Part shown: positions 39,870 through 50,224 of the stretch, in pieces
Numbering within the stretch: the first letter of the stretch is position 1
Layout: each line of letters begins with the position of its first letter
Made by a program: the position numbers and the translations under genes
The notes under the pieces: model-generated
Told to the model about the DNA's origin: nothing
Database searches by the model: none
Seen by the model: the letters and a program-made list of their open reading frames with translations, nothing else
Source: an uncultured Pseudomonadales bacterium
GTDB taxonomy: Bacteria; Pseudomonadota; Alphaproteobacteria; UBA2136; UBA6156
Assembly (NCBI GenBank): GCA_964601735.1
Contig: CAZROO010000004.1
Span: forward strand, 10,289-74,288
DNA length: 64,000 nucleotides
Direction of reading: 5' to 3'

Positions 39870-41054
39870 ATGAAAAAAATCATTATCATCGGCGTGATTA
39901 TTCTGGCAGCGTTCATCGGTTACCACTTTTTCAGCGCGTCGATGAAAGCTCCACACGCCGGCGGCATGCCAAGCGCCATGCCGGTGAGCGTAGCCGTGGT
40001 GGAGCGCAAGGACGTTATTGAAACCAGCGAATTCAGCGGACGTTTTCATGCCGTGGCCGATGCCGACATTCACCCGCAGGTAACCGGTACCATCCAGAAA
40101 GTGCTGTTTAATGAAGGCGACATGGTCAAGGCCGGGCAGCCGCTGTTCATTATCGACCAGCGCGACTTCAAGGCCGCCCTGGTGCAGGCCTCTGCCGCCA
40201 ATGAGCAGGCCCAGGCCTCGCTGGAACGCGGCCAGACGCTGTACAAGGCCGACGCGATTTCCAAGCACGAACTAGAAACCCGCACCGCCGCCGCCGCGCA
40301 GGCTTTGGCGGCGCTGACCACCGCACGGCTGAACCTGGAGTATTCGACGGTCAAGGCGCCCATCAGCGGCCGCGTGGGCCGGGCCGACATTACGATCGGG
40401 AACGTGGTGAATGCCGGCGGCCAGGCCCCTACCCTTACCACCATTCAATCGATTGACCCGATTTACGTGGATTTTGACATGGACGAGCAAACCTACCTGA
40501 CTACCCGTACCCGGCAACAGGCCAATAGCGGCGATAATACCGGCACGCCGGTGGCCATTGCGCTAGCCAATAGCGACAGCAGCTATACCATCATCGGCAC
40601 GCTCAAGGCGGTGGACAACCAACTCGACCCCGCAACCGGCAGCCTGCGCGCCCGCGCGGTAGTGGCCAACCACGATGGCAGCCTGCTGCCCGGCCTGTTT
40701 GCCCGCGTGCGCGTGGGTGCGCCCACGCCGGTGAACGCTGTGGTCATCAATGACGCCGCGATTGCCACCGACCAGGACAAGCGCAATGTGTTTGTGGTGG
40801 GCAGCGACAACAAGGCCCACTACCGCGAAGTGCAAACCGGCCCGTTGGTGAACGTGGACGGCAACCAGATGCGTGTAATCACCGGTGGCCTGAACGGCGG
40901 CGAGCACATCGTCGTCAACGGCCTGATGCGGGTGCACCCCGAAGGCGCGGTGGTTCCTCAGATTGTGGATATGAACACCTTGTCACCGACCACCCCGATG
41001 GGGAAGGCTGCGGCTCCGGCCAGCCAAACCACGGTAAGCGGTACGGAAAAGTAG
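39870..41054 (+). CDS. RND efflux periplasmic adaptor subunit (AcrA/MexA family)
   Basis: N-terminal TM/lipoyl region, coiled-coil hairpin and beta-barrel. Start chosen at MKKIIIIGVIILAAF. Confidence 0.8.
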   Translation: MKKIIIIGVIILAAFIGYHFFSASMKAPHAGGMPSAMPVSVAVVERKDVIETSEFSGRFHAVADADIHPQVTGTIQKVLFNEGDMVKAGQPLFIIDQRDFKAALVQASAANEQAQASLERGQTLYKADAISKHELETRTAAAAQALAALTTARLNLEYSTVKAPISGRVGRADITIGNVVNAGGQAPTLTTIQSIDPIYVDFDMDEQTYLTTRTRQQANSGDNTGTPVAIALANSDSSYTIIGTLKAVDNQLDPATGSLRARAVVANHDGSLLPGLFARVRVGAPTPVNAVVINDAAIATDQDKRNVFVVGSDNKAHYREVQTGPLVNVDGNQMRVITGGLNGGEHIVVNGLMRVHPEGAVVPQIVDMNTLSPTTPMGKAAAPASQTTVSGTEK

Positions 41055-41055
41055 G

Positions 41056-44000
41056 ATGAATATTTCGCGTTTCTTCATCGACCGGCCGATTTTCGCCGGC
41101 GTGCTGAGTATGCTGGTGTTTTTGTGCGGGCTGATCAGCCTGCCGCTGCTGCCGATCTCGGAATACCCAGACGTGGTGCCGCCCAGCGTGGTGGTGCGGG
41201 CGCAATTCCCCGGCGCCACGCCGGACGTCATTGCGCAAACGGTGGCGACACCGCTGGAAGAGCAGATCAACGGCGTGGAAAACATGCTGTACATGTCGTC
41301 GCAATCGACTGCCGACGGTAGCATGACGCTGACCGCGACCTTCAAGCTGGGTACCGACCCCGACTATGCCCAGCAATTGGTGCAGAACCGCGTGAACCAG
41401 GCCCTGCCCCGTCTGCCGGATATTGTGAAGCAGATTGGGGTGAACACCGCCAAGAGTTCGCCCAATTTCATCATGGTGGTGCACCTGGTGTCGCCCAACG
41501 ACCGTTACGACATCACCTACCTGCACAACTACGCGGTGCTGAACGTGAAAAACCAGCTCTCGCGCCTCAACGGCATCGGTGAGGTCGTTTCCTTCGGCGG
41601 CGGCGATTATGCCATGCGTATCTGGCTCGACCCCAACAAGCTGGCTGCGCGCGGACTTACTGCCAGCGACGTGGTCAATGCCGTGCGCGAGCAGAACAAC
41701 CAGGCCGCGGTGGGCAGTATCGGCACACAGCCCATGAAAGACCCTCTGGCGTTTGAACTGCCCATTACCACCCAGGGTCGTTTGCAAACGGTGGAGGAAT
41801 TCCAGAATATTATCGTCAACGCCAACCAACAGGGTGGCGTTATCAGGCTCAAGGACGTCGGCCGGGTGGAGCTTGGCCCCAATGCCTATTCGCCGGAATC
41901 ACTGGTGGACAACAAACCCGCCGCCGCGCTGGGTATCTTCCAGGCACCGGGTTCCAACGCGCTGGCGCTTTCCAGCGCCGTGCGCCAAAAGATGGAAGAA
42001 TTGAAGAAAAATTTTCCGGATGGCGTTGATTACACCATCGTTTATGACCCCACGCAGTTTGTGCGCACCGGCATCGACAAGGTGGTGGAAACTCTGGTGG
42101 TGGCCATTCTTTTGGTAGCGTTGGTGGTTATTGTATTTTTGCAGACCTGGCGTGCCTCCATCATTCCACTGCTGGCGGTGCCGGTATCCATTATCGGTAC
42201 GTTTGCCGTGCTGCATTTGCTGGGGTTCAGCATCAACAACCTGACGCTGTTCGGGCTGGTACTGGCCATCGGGATTGTAGTGGACGACGCCATTGTGGTG
42301 GTTGAGAACGTTGAGCGGAACATCGAGGAAGGCCTCCCTCCCCGCCAAGCTACTTACCAGGCCATGCGCGAAGTGTCTGGCCCCATCATCGCCATTGCGC
42401 TGACCCTTTGCGCGGTATTCGTGCCCCTCGCCTTCATTAGCGGGCTGACCGGACAATTCTACAAGCAGTTTGCGGTAACGATTGCGATTTCCACCATCAT
42501 TTCGGCGTTCAACTCCCTCACTCTCAGCCCGGCGCTGACAGCTGTGCTATTGCACGCCAAAAATGCCAAACCCGACCGCCCGACGCAGGTTATCGATAGC
42601 GTGTTCGGGCGCTTCTTTCGCTGGTTTGATGGCTTTTTCCATCGCATCTCGGAAAAGTATGGCCAGAACCTGGAGAAGTTCATCAAGCGCCGCCCGTTAG
42701 GGCTAGGCCTGTACGCGTTAGTGGTGGTGCTGGCCGCGCTGGGGCTGTTTATTCTGCCCGCCGGTTATATTCCGTTACAGGACAAGCAGTACCTCGTGGC
42801 GTTCTCGCAGTTGCCGCCGGGCGCGTCGCTGGACCGCACCCGCAAGGCGATTATGCAGATGTCGGAACTGGGCATGCACCAGGAAGGGGTGGCGCACGCC
42901 GTGGCTTTCCCCGGTTTGTCCATTAGCGGGTTCACCGCCAGCAGCAACGCGGGCATCGTGTTTTTGCCGCTCAAGCCGTTTGAGGAACGCAAGAGCTGGT
43001 CTACCTACGGCCCGGCCATTGCGGGGGCTATGATGGGCAAGGGTTTTGCCATTCAGGACGCCTTTAGCGCCGTGTTTCCGCCTCCGCCGGTCAACGGCCT
43101 GGGTACCATCGGCGGCTTTAAGCTGCAAATTGAAGATCGTGCAGACCTAGGTGATGAAGCGCTTTACGAAGCCACCCAGGCGGTGCTGAATAAGGCGCGC
43201 CAGAACCCCAAGCTTAGCGGCTTGTTCAGCAGCTACGAAATCAACGTGCCGCAGCTCAAGGCCGATATCGACCGCACCAAGGTGAAGCAGCTGGGCGTCA
43301 ACATCAACGACGTTTATACCGCGATGCAGGTTTACCTCGGTTCGCTGTACATCAACGACTTCAACAAATTCGGCCACACCTACCAGGTGATTGCGCAGGC
43401 CGACGCGCCTTACCGCAGCCATGTGGAAGACATTCTTAACATCAAGGTGCGCAGCGCCAGCGGTGCGATGATTCCACTGGGCAGCATGATGAGCGTTAAG
43501 AACAGCTTTGGCCCCGACCGCTCGATGCGTTACAACCTGTACCGTTCCGCCGACATCAACGGCGGACCCGCACCCGGCGTTTCCACCAACCAGGCGCAGG
43601 ACGAACTGGTGAAAATCATCAAGGCCACGTTGCCCAAGGGCATGGATTACGAGTGGACCGACCTGACTTACCAGCAGATTCTGGCGGGCAATACGACTAT
43701 CTATATCTTCCCCCTGTGCGTGCTGCTGGTGTTTATGGTGCTGGCCGCGCAGTACGAAAACCTTATCCTGCCGCTGGTCATCATTCTCATTGTGCCGGTG
43801 GTGATTGCTTCGGCGCTGTTCGGGCTGTGGGTGACGTCGCTGGACATCAACGTGTTCACGCAAATTGGATTGATTGTGCTGGTGGGTTTGGCGTGCAAGA
43901 ACGCGATTCTGATTGTCGAATTCGCCCGCGAGCTGGAGTTGCAGGGCATGCCCACGCTCAAGGCCGCGCTGGCCGCCAGCCGGTTGCGGTTGCGGCCGAT

Positions 44001-44286
44001 TCTGATGACCTCGTTCGCCTTCATCATGGGTGTGGTACCGCTGGTGTTTTCCACCGGTGCGGGATTTGAAATGCGCAATGCCATCGGTGTGACCGTGTTT
44101 GCCGGGATGATTGGCGTGACCATGCTGGGTATTTTTTTGACCCCGATGTTTTACGTGCTGCTGCGCACGCTCAGCGGTAAAAAGCTGACGCAGCACAGCA
44201 CCGAGGAAGTGCCGGAAGAACACGAATTCTGCGAAACCATTATGGAAGAGGGCAGCAAACCCACCAAAAAGGGAGGCAAAAAATAA
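41056..44286 (+). CDS. RND multidrug efflux permease (AcrB/MexB, HAE-1 family)
   Basis: 1076 aa, 12 TM with two large periplasmic loops. MNISRFFIDRPIFA is the canonical N-terminus. Confidence 0.9.
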   Translation: MNISRFFIDRPIFAGVLSMLVFLCGLISLPLLPISEYPDVVPPSVVVRAQFPGATPDVIAQTVATPLEEQINGVENMLYMSSQSTADGSMTLTATFKLGTDPDYAQQLVQNRVNQALPRLPDIVKQIGVNTAKSSPNFIMVVHLVSPNDRYDITYLHNYAVLNVKNQLSRLNGIGEVVSFGGGDYAMRIWLDPNKLAARGLTASDVVNAVREQNNQAAVGSIGTQPMKDPLAFELPITTQGRLQTVEEFQNIIVNANQQGGVIRLKDVGRVELGPNAYSPESLVDNKPAAALGIFQAPGSNALALSSAVRQKMEELKKNFPDGVDYTIVYDPTQFVRTGIDKVVETLVVAILLVALVVIVFLQTWRASIIPLLAVPVSIIGTFAVLHLLGFSINNLTLFGLVLAIGIVVDDAIVVVENVERNIEEGLPPRQATYQAMREVSGPIIAIALTLCAVFVPLAFISGLTGQFYKQFAVTIAISTIISAFNSLTLSPALTAVLLHAKNAKPDRPTQVIDSVFGRFFRWFDGFFHRISEKYGQNLEKFIKRRPLGLGLYALVVVLAALGLFILPAGYIPLQDKQYLVAFSQLPPGASLDRTRKAIMQMSELGMHQEGVAHAVAFPGLSISGFTASSNAGIVFLPLKPFEERKSWSTYGPAIAGAMMGKGFAIQDAFSAVFPPPPVNGLGTIGGFKLQIEDRADLGDEALYEATQAVLNKARQNPKLSGLFSSYEINVPQLKADIDRTKVKQLGVNINDVYTAMQVYLGSLYINDFNKFGHTYQVIAQADAPYRSHVEDILNIKVRSASGAMIPLGSMMSVKNSFGPDRSMRYNLYRSADINGGPAPGVSTNQAQDELVKIIKATLPKGMDYEWTDLTYQQILAGNTTIYIFPLCVLLVFMVLAAQYENLILPLVIILIVPVVIASALFGLWVTSLDINVFTQIGLIVLVGLACKNAILIVEFARELELQGMPTLKAALAASRLRLRPILMTSFAFIMGVVPLVFSTGAGFEMRNAIGVTVFAGMIGVTMLGIFLTPMFYVLLRTLSGKKLTQHSTEEVPEEHEFCETIMEEGSKPTKKGGKK

Positions 44287-45746
44287 TGAAGAATCTCCAA
44301 TCCCTCACGCTTGCCATATTGGCCGCGACCTCGCTTTCGGCTTGCGCGTGGCTTGAGCCGAGCTTTAAGCTGCCGGGTTTCGGCGGCGATGAAAATACGC
44401 AAGCCGCGGGTACCCCCGCCCCATTTGTGAGCCCCACCGTGGTGGGCAGTTGGCAGGTGGCGCAGCCCCGCGTGGCCGAGCCGCGCGGCAACTGGTGGGA
44501 GATGTACAACGACCCGCAGTTGAACGACCTGATGGCCCAGGCCACCGCCAACAACCCCAACCTGCAGGTGATGGCCGCGCGGGTGAAGCAGGCGCGCGCG
44601 CTGGTCAGCGAGGCCAACAGCCGGTTCTTCCCCACCGTGGATGCTACGGCGGACGTGACCCGCCAGCGTACCTCGCCTGCTTCCTTCGGTTTTGGCGGCA
44701 GCGCCAGCACCTTTACGCTTTACCAGACCGGGCTTAACGCCAGCTATGAACTCGACCTGTTCGGGCGCATCAGCGGCGAAGCACGCACCGCCAGGTTCCA
44801 GGAACTGGCGCAGGAAGATTTGTACCAGAGCGCCAAGCTGGCCATGCAGGCCGATATGGTGAATGCCTGGTATGGCCTGCGCGCCGCCAATGCCGCCCAA
44901 AGTGCGGCGGAAGAAAGCCTGAAACTGGGCGAGGAAGCGCTGGCGCTGGTGAAGAAGCGTTACGAGGTCGGCGATATTTCCAACGCCGAGTTTCAGCAGG
45001 CCAGCGCCAATTTGCTGAACCAGCGCAACAGCGCGCTGAGCATTGCCCAGCAACGCAGCCAGACGCAGAACCAACTGGCCACGCTGATTGGAAAACCCTC
45101 TACCGCATTCGGTATTTCCACCACTGCCATTGCCGATTTGCCGCCGATGGTACCCGCCGATATTTCGTCCAGCGTGCTGCAACGCCGTCCGGACGTGGCC
45201 GCGGCCGAGCACCAGCTGGCGGCGGCCAACGCCAATATCGGCGTGGCGCGGGGGGCGTTTTTCCCCAGCATCAGCCTGAGCGCCAACGGCGGCTTTGCCA
45301 GCACGCAACTGAGCAACCTGTTCAAATGGAATAACGTCACCTGGGCGGCGGGCCCGGCGCTGAGCCTGCCCATCTTCCAAAGCGGGGCATTATTCGCCAA
45401 CCTGCGCAACGCCAAGGCGCAATACGAAGAAGCCGTGGCCGCCTACAAAGGCCAAGTGCTAACAGCGTTCCAGGACACCGCCAACGGCCTGGACGGCCAG
45501 CGTACGGCAACCGAACAGGCGGCGGGCCAACAGCAGGCCTATGCGGCATTGGCCAAGAGCGCCGAGGCCTCAAAGGCGCAATACGATACCGGCGACATCA
45601 GCAAGCTCGATTATATCAGCGCACGGCAAACGCTGCTCAACGCGCAAATCAGCGAGCAACAAGGGTTGCTTAACGCCTACACCGCCAGCACCGCGCTCAT
45701 TCGGGCGCTTGGCGGCGGTTATGGGGTTTCGGATACAGCCCCGTAA
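44286..45746 (+). CDS. efflux outer-membrane factor lipoprotein (NodT/OprM family)
   Basis: Lipobox LSAC. Two OEP repeats. ATGA overlap with the permease gene. Confidence 0.85.
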   Translation: MKNLQSLTLAILAATSLSACAWLEPSFKLPGFGGDENTQAAGTPAPFVSPTVVGSWQVAQPRVAEPRGNWWEMYNDPQLNDLMAQATANNPNLQVMAARVKQARALVSEANSRFFPTVDATADVTRQRTSPASFGFGGSASTFTLYQTGLNASYELDLFGRISGEARTARFQELAQEDLYQSAKLAMQADMVNAWYGLRAANAAQSAAEESLKLGEEALALVKKRYEVGDISNAEFQQASANLLNQRNSALSIAQQRSQTQNQLATLIGKPSTAFGISTTAIADLPPMVPADISSSVLQRRPDVAAAEHQLAAANANIGVARGAFFPSISLSANGGFASTQLSNLFKWNNVTWAAGPALSLPIFQSGALFANLRNAKAQYEEAVAAYKGQVLTAFQDTANGLDGQRTATEQAAGQQQAYAALAKSAEASKAQYDTGDISKLDYISARQTLLNAQISEQQGLLNAYTASTALIRALGGGYGVSDTAP

Positions 45747-45781
45747 ATCACAAAGGCGCCCTCGGGCGCCTTCGCTTTCCT

Positions 45782-46384
45782 CTAGCCCTTGTGCTGCAAA
45801 CGCGGGTGCCTGTCGCTCCAGTAGGCCAGGCCTGTATCGCATGCAAGGGCTGCACAGGCATGCCGGAAATCATATGAAGTATATCCATCGTTCGAATTCA
45901 GTTCACACTGCAGCCAAGCGTACTTCTCCGGCGAGGTCATCACCGCTACCCAGCGGCAGTTACGCACCGCCGACTCGATCAACGCGAGCCCGCCGACATC
46001 GATTCTTTCATGACCGTACTGCGGGCCCTCGTCGCGCAGGTTGGTCACCACGATATCGATAAAACGGATACCGTGCGCCGTGGCGTAGGCCACTTCGTCG
46101 TCATCGTCGCGTTGCATCTGAATCCCCTCATGGATGAGCGGATGCAGCGTGCGAACGCGCCGGGCATGGCCGGGAGCAACCTTGCGCAAGCCGGTGATGT
46201 CGGAGGTATGCGTCAGGCCGTTCAGGCCATGTTGGCGCAAATGGTCGTAAGTGCCGTCCGTCGCTATCAGCTCCACGCCATGTTGCTGCAGGCATAGCGC
46301 CAGCGGCACCAGGTTGGTGGTATCGAATACCGACAAAAGGGCATTTTGCGGCCGCACCAGCCGGGCAGTCAGGCAGGCAATCAT
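45782..46384 (-). CDS. standalone, divergent PurH-N-terminal (IMP cyclohydrolase/MGS-like) domain protein
   Basis: Aligns along the whole IMPCH domain (ALLSV.D, GVELIATDGT, RVRTLHP, IDIVVTNL, IDVGG) but ends where the AICAR-transformylase domain would start. Several conserved residues are substituted. Confidence 0.5.
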   Translation of the reverse strand: MIACLTARLVRPQNALLSVFDTTNLVPLALCLQQHGVELIATDGTYDHLRQHGLNGLTHTSDITGLRKVAPGHARRVRTLHPLIHEGIQMQRDDDDEVAYATAHGIRFIDIVVTNLRDEGPQYGHERIDVGGLALIESAVRNCRWVAVMTSPEKYAWLQCELNSNDGYTSYDFRHACAALACDTGLAYWSDRHPRLQHKG

Positions 46385-46483
46385 GTATTTTCCCCATGTA
46401 AAAACGGAAATAAAAGGTGAGCTACCTGTGTAGGCGCAGGACGGTTAAAAAGAAATCAGGAAGCCCGGACTGGTTATGCCGTT

Positions 46484-48604
46484 TTAATGCGGCAGCAAAA
46501 CCGGCGCGCCGGTTTTGAGGCTTTCCGCCGCCGCCAGGATTACACGGCTGGAATGGAACACCTCGGCTGGGCTCAACGGCACCGGAGCATGGCCGCGGCA
46601 GGCTTGGGCAAAGGCGCCCAACGCGGCGGCGTGGCCCTTGTCGGCGCCGCCAAACAGCGGCCGGCTGAACAGCGTGGCGCCGTTCCAGGTGGTCTTGCGG
46701 TAGTCACTCATGACGCCGCTGTTGCCGCCCGCTGCCACTTCCACATATTCCTTGGGCGCCGAAGGTTCGTTCTCGGAGGTATAGACAATGGTGGAGAGGC
46801 TGCCGTCACGGTGGCGAAGGACGATACTGTAGTTGTCCTGCCCCTTGCCGGCCGTGGCAATGACGAACTGCGCCGGGCTGCCCGCCAGGTACAGAGCAAG
46901 GTCGGTGAAGTGGCAGGCCTCGCCCAGCAGGCGACCACCGCCTTCGGCGCTGCTTTGCCAGTTGCCGTCGTCCAGCCGCCCGGCGTTGATGCGAACCAGA
47001 ACCTGCTTGGGCCCCTTGATGGCCGCGAGCTTACCACGCAGCGGCACCAGCGCGGGCGAAAAACGGCGGTTGAAACCGATCATCAGCACCTGAGGGTGCC
47101 CGGCGTGGGTTTCTTCGATCTGTTCCAAATCCTCGAGTGCCAGGCACAGCGGCTTTTCCACCCACACGTGCTTGCCAGCCTGGAGGGCGCTAACTACCTG
47201 CGCGGCGTGAGCACTGTGGCGGGTAGCGATGACCACGGCGTGGGTATCGGTATCCTTCAGCAGGGCTTCTTCGCCGGTGGCGGCAAAGGCACTGCCGAAT
47301 TTTTCCATCGCGTGCGCGGCAGTCAGGCCGCCCTTCCCCGCAATGCCGCGCAGGGCCACGCCGGGTGTTTTGGCCAGCAACGGCAGCAGCGTGCCGCGCG
47401 CAAAGGCGCCGGGACCGAGCAGGCTCACGCCCAGTTCATCACGCTTGAGGGCAACCGGAACCTGTGCTTTGTCGACGGGTATTTCGTTGGGGTAGCTCAG
47501 CACCACGCCTAATGTTGACTCGCCCTTGGCCAGCATGTCGTAGGCCTTGAGCGCGTCGTTGAAATCGAACATGTGGCTGGTGAGCAGGTTCACGTCGAGC
47601 TGGCCGGTGCTCATCAGGTGCAACACCTCGCGCAGGTGGTCGGCCTCGGTATGCGGCACATAGCCAGCGGGATAGCTCTGCCCACCCTGCTCAAAGGCGG
47701 GATCGTAACGGCCAGGGCCGTAGCTGCGGCTGGTTTTGACCGTCAGCTCCTTTTTCATGTAATCGGCGTAGGGGAAGGCTGTACCCACCTTGCCCACCAG
47801 CACCACGGTGGCGCGGTCGCGGGCCCACTCGGCGGCCTGGGCCACCGGGCCGTCGCTTTCGGTGGCGGCGCAAATCAGGATGGCATCGAACCCGCGCCCG
47901 TTGGTGAAGGTTTTGAACTCGTTTTCAGCCGTTTTTACATCGGAAACCGACAACTCCGCACCACTTTGCAGTGCCAAATCGCCACGCGATTTATTGAGGT
48001 CGAAACCCGCCACCTGGGCCCCGGCAGCCGTCGCCAGTTGCACCGCCAGTTGGCCCACCAGCCCAAGGCCCACCACCAAAACCCGGTCGCCCAGCACCAC
48101 CCCGGCGTTACGCACGCCCTGCAGCGCGATAGCCGCCAGCGTGCCGTAGCAGGCTTGCTCAAACGGCAGGCCTTCCGGTAGTTTGGCCACGAGGTTTTTA
48201 GGCACCGCATTCACCTGGGCATGGTTGGCCAGCCCCGCCCCTGCCACCGCCACCGCATCGCCGATGGTGTATAGGTGACTCAGATTGCTGCCGACTTCCA
48301 CCACCACCCCGGCGGCGGCGTAGCCCAACGGCAAAGGCTCATCCAGCTTGCCGAAAACGCTCTTGAGCGTGGCGCTCAATCCATCGCGTTTAAGCTTGGT
48401 CATGGTTTTCTTGACCAAATCGGGCCGGGCCTTGGCCTTGCCGACCAGGCTTTTGCCCGCGAATTCCATCATCATGCGCTCGGTACCGGCGGAAATAAGG
48501 CTCGCGCGGGTTTGCACCAGCACCTCGCCCGCCCCAGCTTTAGGTACGGGCACGGATTTCACTTCCACATAACCTTTGCGGACATTTTGGGTAATTTGTT
48601 TCAT
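46484..48604 (-). CDS. bi-domain oxidoreductase (MDR/alcohol-dehydrogenase-like N-domain plus Gfo/Idh/MocA C-domain)
   Basis: N-terminal GroES-like zinc-ADH fold, then a Rossmann Gfo/Idh/MocA fold. Adjacent to a nucleotide-sugar dehydrogenase (WbpB-like context). Confidence 0.75.
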   Translation of the reverse strand: MKQITQNVRKGYVEVKSVPVPKAGAGEVLVQTRASLISAGTERMMMEFAGKSLVGKAKARPDLVKKTMTKLKRDGLSATLKSVFGKLDEPLPLGYAAAGVVVEVGSNLSHLYTIGDAVAVAGAGLANHAQVNAVPKNLVAKLPEGLPFEQACYGTLAAIALQGVRNAGVVLGDRVLVVGLGLVGQLAVQLATAAGAQVAGFDLNKSRGDLALQSGAELSVSDVKTAENEFKTFTNGRGFDAILICAATESDGPVAQAAEWARDRATVVLVGKVGTAFPYADYMKKELTVKTSRSYGPGRYDPAFEQGGQSYPAGYVPHTEADHLREVLHLMSTGQLDVNLLTSHMFDFNDALKAYDMLAKGESTLGVVLSYPNEIPVDKAQVPVALKRDELGVSLLGPGAFARGTLLPLLAKTPGVALRGIAGKGGLTAAHAMEKFGSAFAATGEEALLKDTDTHAVVIATRHSAHAAQVVSALQAGKHVWVEKPLCLALEDLEQIEETHAGHPQVLMIGFNRRFSPALVPLRGKLAAIKGPKQVLVRINAGRLDDGNWQSSAEGGGRLLGEACHFTDLALYLAGSPAQFVIATAGKGQDNYSIVLRHRDGSLSTIVYTSENEPSAPKEYVEVAAGGNSGVMSDYRKTTWNGATLFSRPLFGGADKGHAAALGAFAQACRGHAPVPLSPAEVFHSSRVILAAAESLKTGAPVLLPH

Positions 48605-49849
48605 TTAGATGATAATTTCCTTCATATCTTCTCTATCCTGGAAAATTCCGCAGGCGTCGACCAGGATTTTGTCTTTAAATGTTCCGGATGGGAGGTTTTT
48701 GAAGGCGGTGTGCCCGGTGAGTGAGACGACGACCTTGGCTGTTTGGAGGGCCATGTCGAGCGGGACCAGGGCGTAATCGTTGTGCTTGTTGAGATGCGGT
48801 TCGACGATGACGGCGTGGAAGCCGGGGCGCTTTTTGATTTCCTCGACCACCGTGATGCTGGGGCTTTCGCGCAGGTCATCGACGTCCGGCTTATAGGCCA
48901 GCCCCAGGCAGGCGATGACGCAGGGCGTGCCACCGGCTTTTTTGACCGCTTCCTCGATTTTTTGCATGACCCACAGGGGTTTACCGTCGTTGGTTTGGCG
49001 GGTAGCCTGCATTTGAGGGGTGAGCTCCGGCGCCTCGTGGATAATGAACCAGGGGTCGACCGCGATGCAGTGGCCGCCGACGCCGGTGCCCGGCGTGAGG
49101 ATGTTCACACGCGGGTGGTGGTTGGCGAGTTTAATGACATTCCAGACGTTAAGGCCGAGTTTATCGCAGACCATCGACAGCTCGTTGGCGAAGGCGATTT
49201 GGGCGTCGCGGCTGGCGTTTTCCACCAGTTTGACCAGTTCGGCCTCTGCCGTGGTACAGGGCAATAGCTCGCCCTTACAGAAGGTTTTGTAGATGGCCAG
49301 GGCGCGTTCGGTGGCCTGCGGCGTGAGACCGCCCACCAGCCGGTCGTTTTCGACCATTTCGCGCAGGGTGGCGCCGGGAATGGCGCGTTCCGGGCAGAAA
49401 ACATAGTCGATTTTGTCTGCCAAGTCTGGGCGCTGGCGCTCGATGACGGTTTTGACGTTGCGTTGGGTGGCCCCCACCGGGCTGGTGCTTTCGAGAATCA
49501 CCAGGTTGCCGGGCTGAAGGACAGGTGCGATATTTTCGGCGGCTTTCTCGACAAAACTCATGTCCGGCGTGTGCAGGGCGTGGTCGACCGGGGTGGGCAG
49601 GCTGAGGATAAAGGCCTCGGCGGCTTCGGGCTGAAGCGTGGCCTTTAAATTGCCGGAGTCGTAGGCCGCTTTCAGGAGTTCCGGCAGGCCCGGCTCGACG
49701 AACGGCGCCTGGCCTTTATTGATGGCTTCGACGCGTCCGGCGTTGATATCGACGCCAATGACTTTATGGCCGTTTTTGGCCAGAATTGCGGCCATCGGCA
49801 GCCCCATGTAGCCCAACCCGATAACGCTGATTTTCATGGGCGCGACCAT
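48605..49849 (-). CDS. UDP-N-acetyl-D-mannosamine/UDP-GlcNAc 6-dehydrogenase (WecC/WbpA family)
   Basis: N-terminal Rossmann fold ISVIGLGYMGLP. Catalytic Cys region GGHCI. UDPG_MGDP_dh C-domain. Confidence 0.8.
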   Translation of the reverse strand: MVAPMKISVIGLGYMGLPMAAILAKNGHKVIGVDINAGRVEAINKGQAPFVEPGLPELLKAAYDSGNLKATLQPEAAEAFILSLPTPVDHALHTPDMSFVEKAAENIAPVLQPGNLVILESTSPVGATQRNVKTVIERQRPDLADKIDYVFCPERAIPGATLREMVENDRLVGGLTPQATERALAIYKTFCKGELLPCTTAEAELVKLVENASRDAQIAFANELSMVCDKLGLNVWNVIKLANHHPRVNILTPGTGVGGHCIAVDPWFIIHEAPELTPQMQATRQTNDGKPLWVMQKIEEAVKKAGGTPCVIACLGLAYKPDVDDLRESPSITVVEEIKKRPGFHAVIVEPHLNKHNDYALVPLDMALQTAKVVVSLTGHTAFKNLPSGTFKDKILVDACGIFQDREDMKEIII

Positions 49850-50189
49850 ACATGCGGCAGGGAGGCTTGTAAAAGGGTCTGGAGGCTCTATAACTGTTTT
49901 ATCGCTGTTTTTAAGGTTCCTGCGCAGCGGCCTACGACGGCCCCCCAGGACGCTTTAAGAGCCCTCACTTTTCTCTCGGGTGCCCCCGATGTGGCAGCCG
50001 ATACAAGCAGGGAGAATTGACCCTATGTGGCGGATCAAGGAACGCTAGCGCTTTCCGATCGTCAGCCAAGACTTTAGTAGTCTCAACGCCTTAAGTCCAA
50101 AAGAGGGGAATGGTCTGCTCTTTGCGCTGACGCCCACCTCACCTTGTGAATGAGGCAAACCCGTGGAAAACCCGTAAGGGACCACTTAG

Positions 50190-50220
50190 CGAAACCCCAG
50201 CAAATGCTGGGGTTTTCGTG
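50190..50220. terminator. hairpin (comEC terminator / wecC leader region)
   Basis: GAAACCCCAGCA-AAT-GCTGGGGTTTTCG followed by TGATTTTT on the plus strand. Confidence 0.4.
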
Positions 50221-50224
50221 ATTT

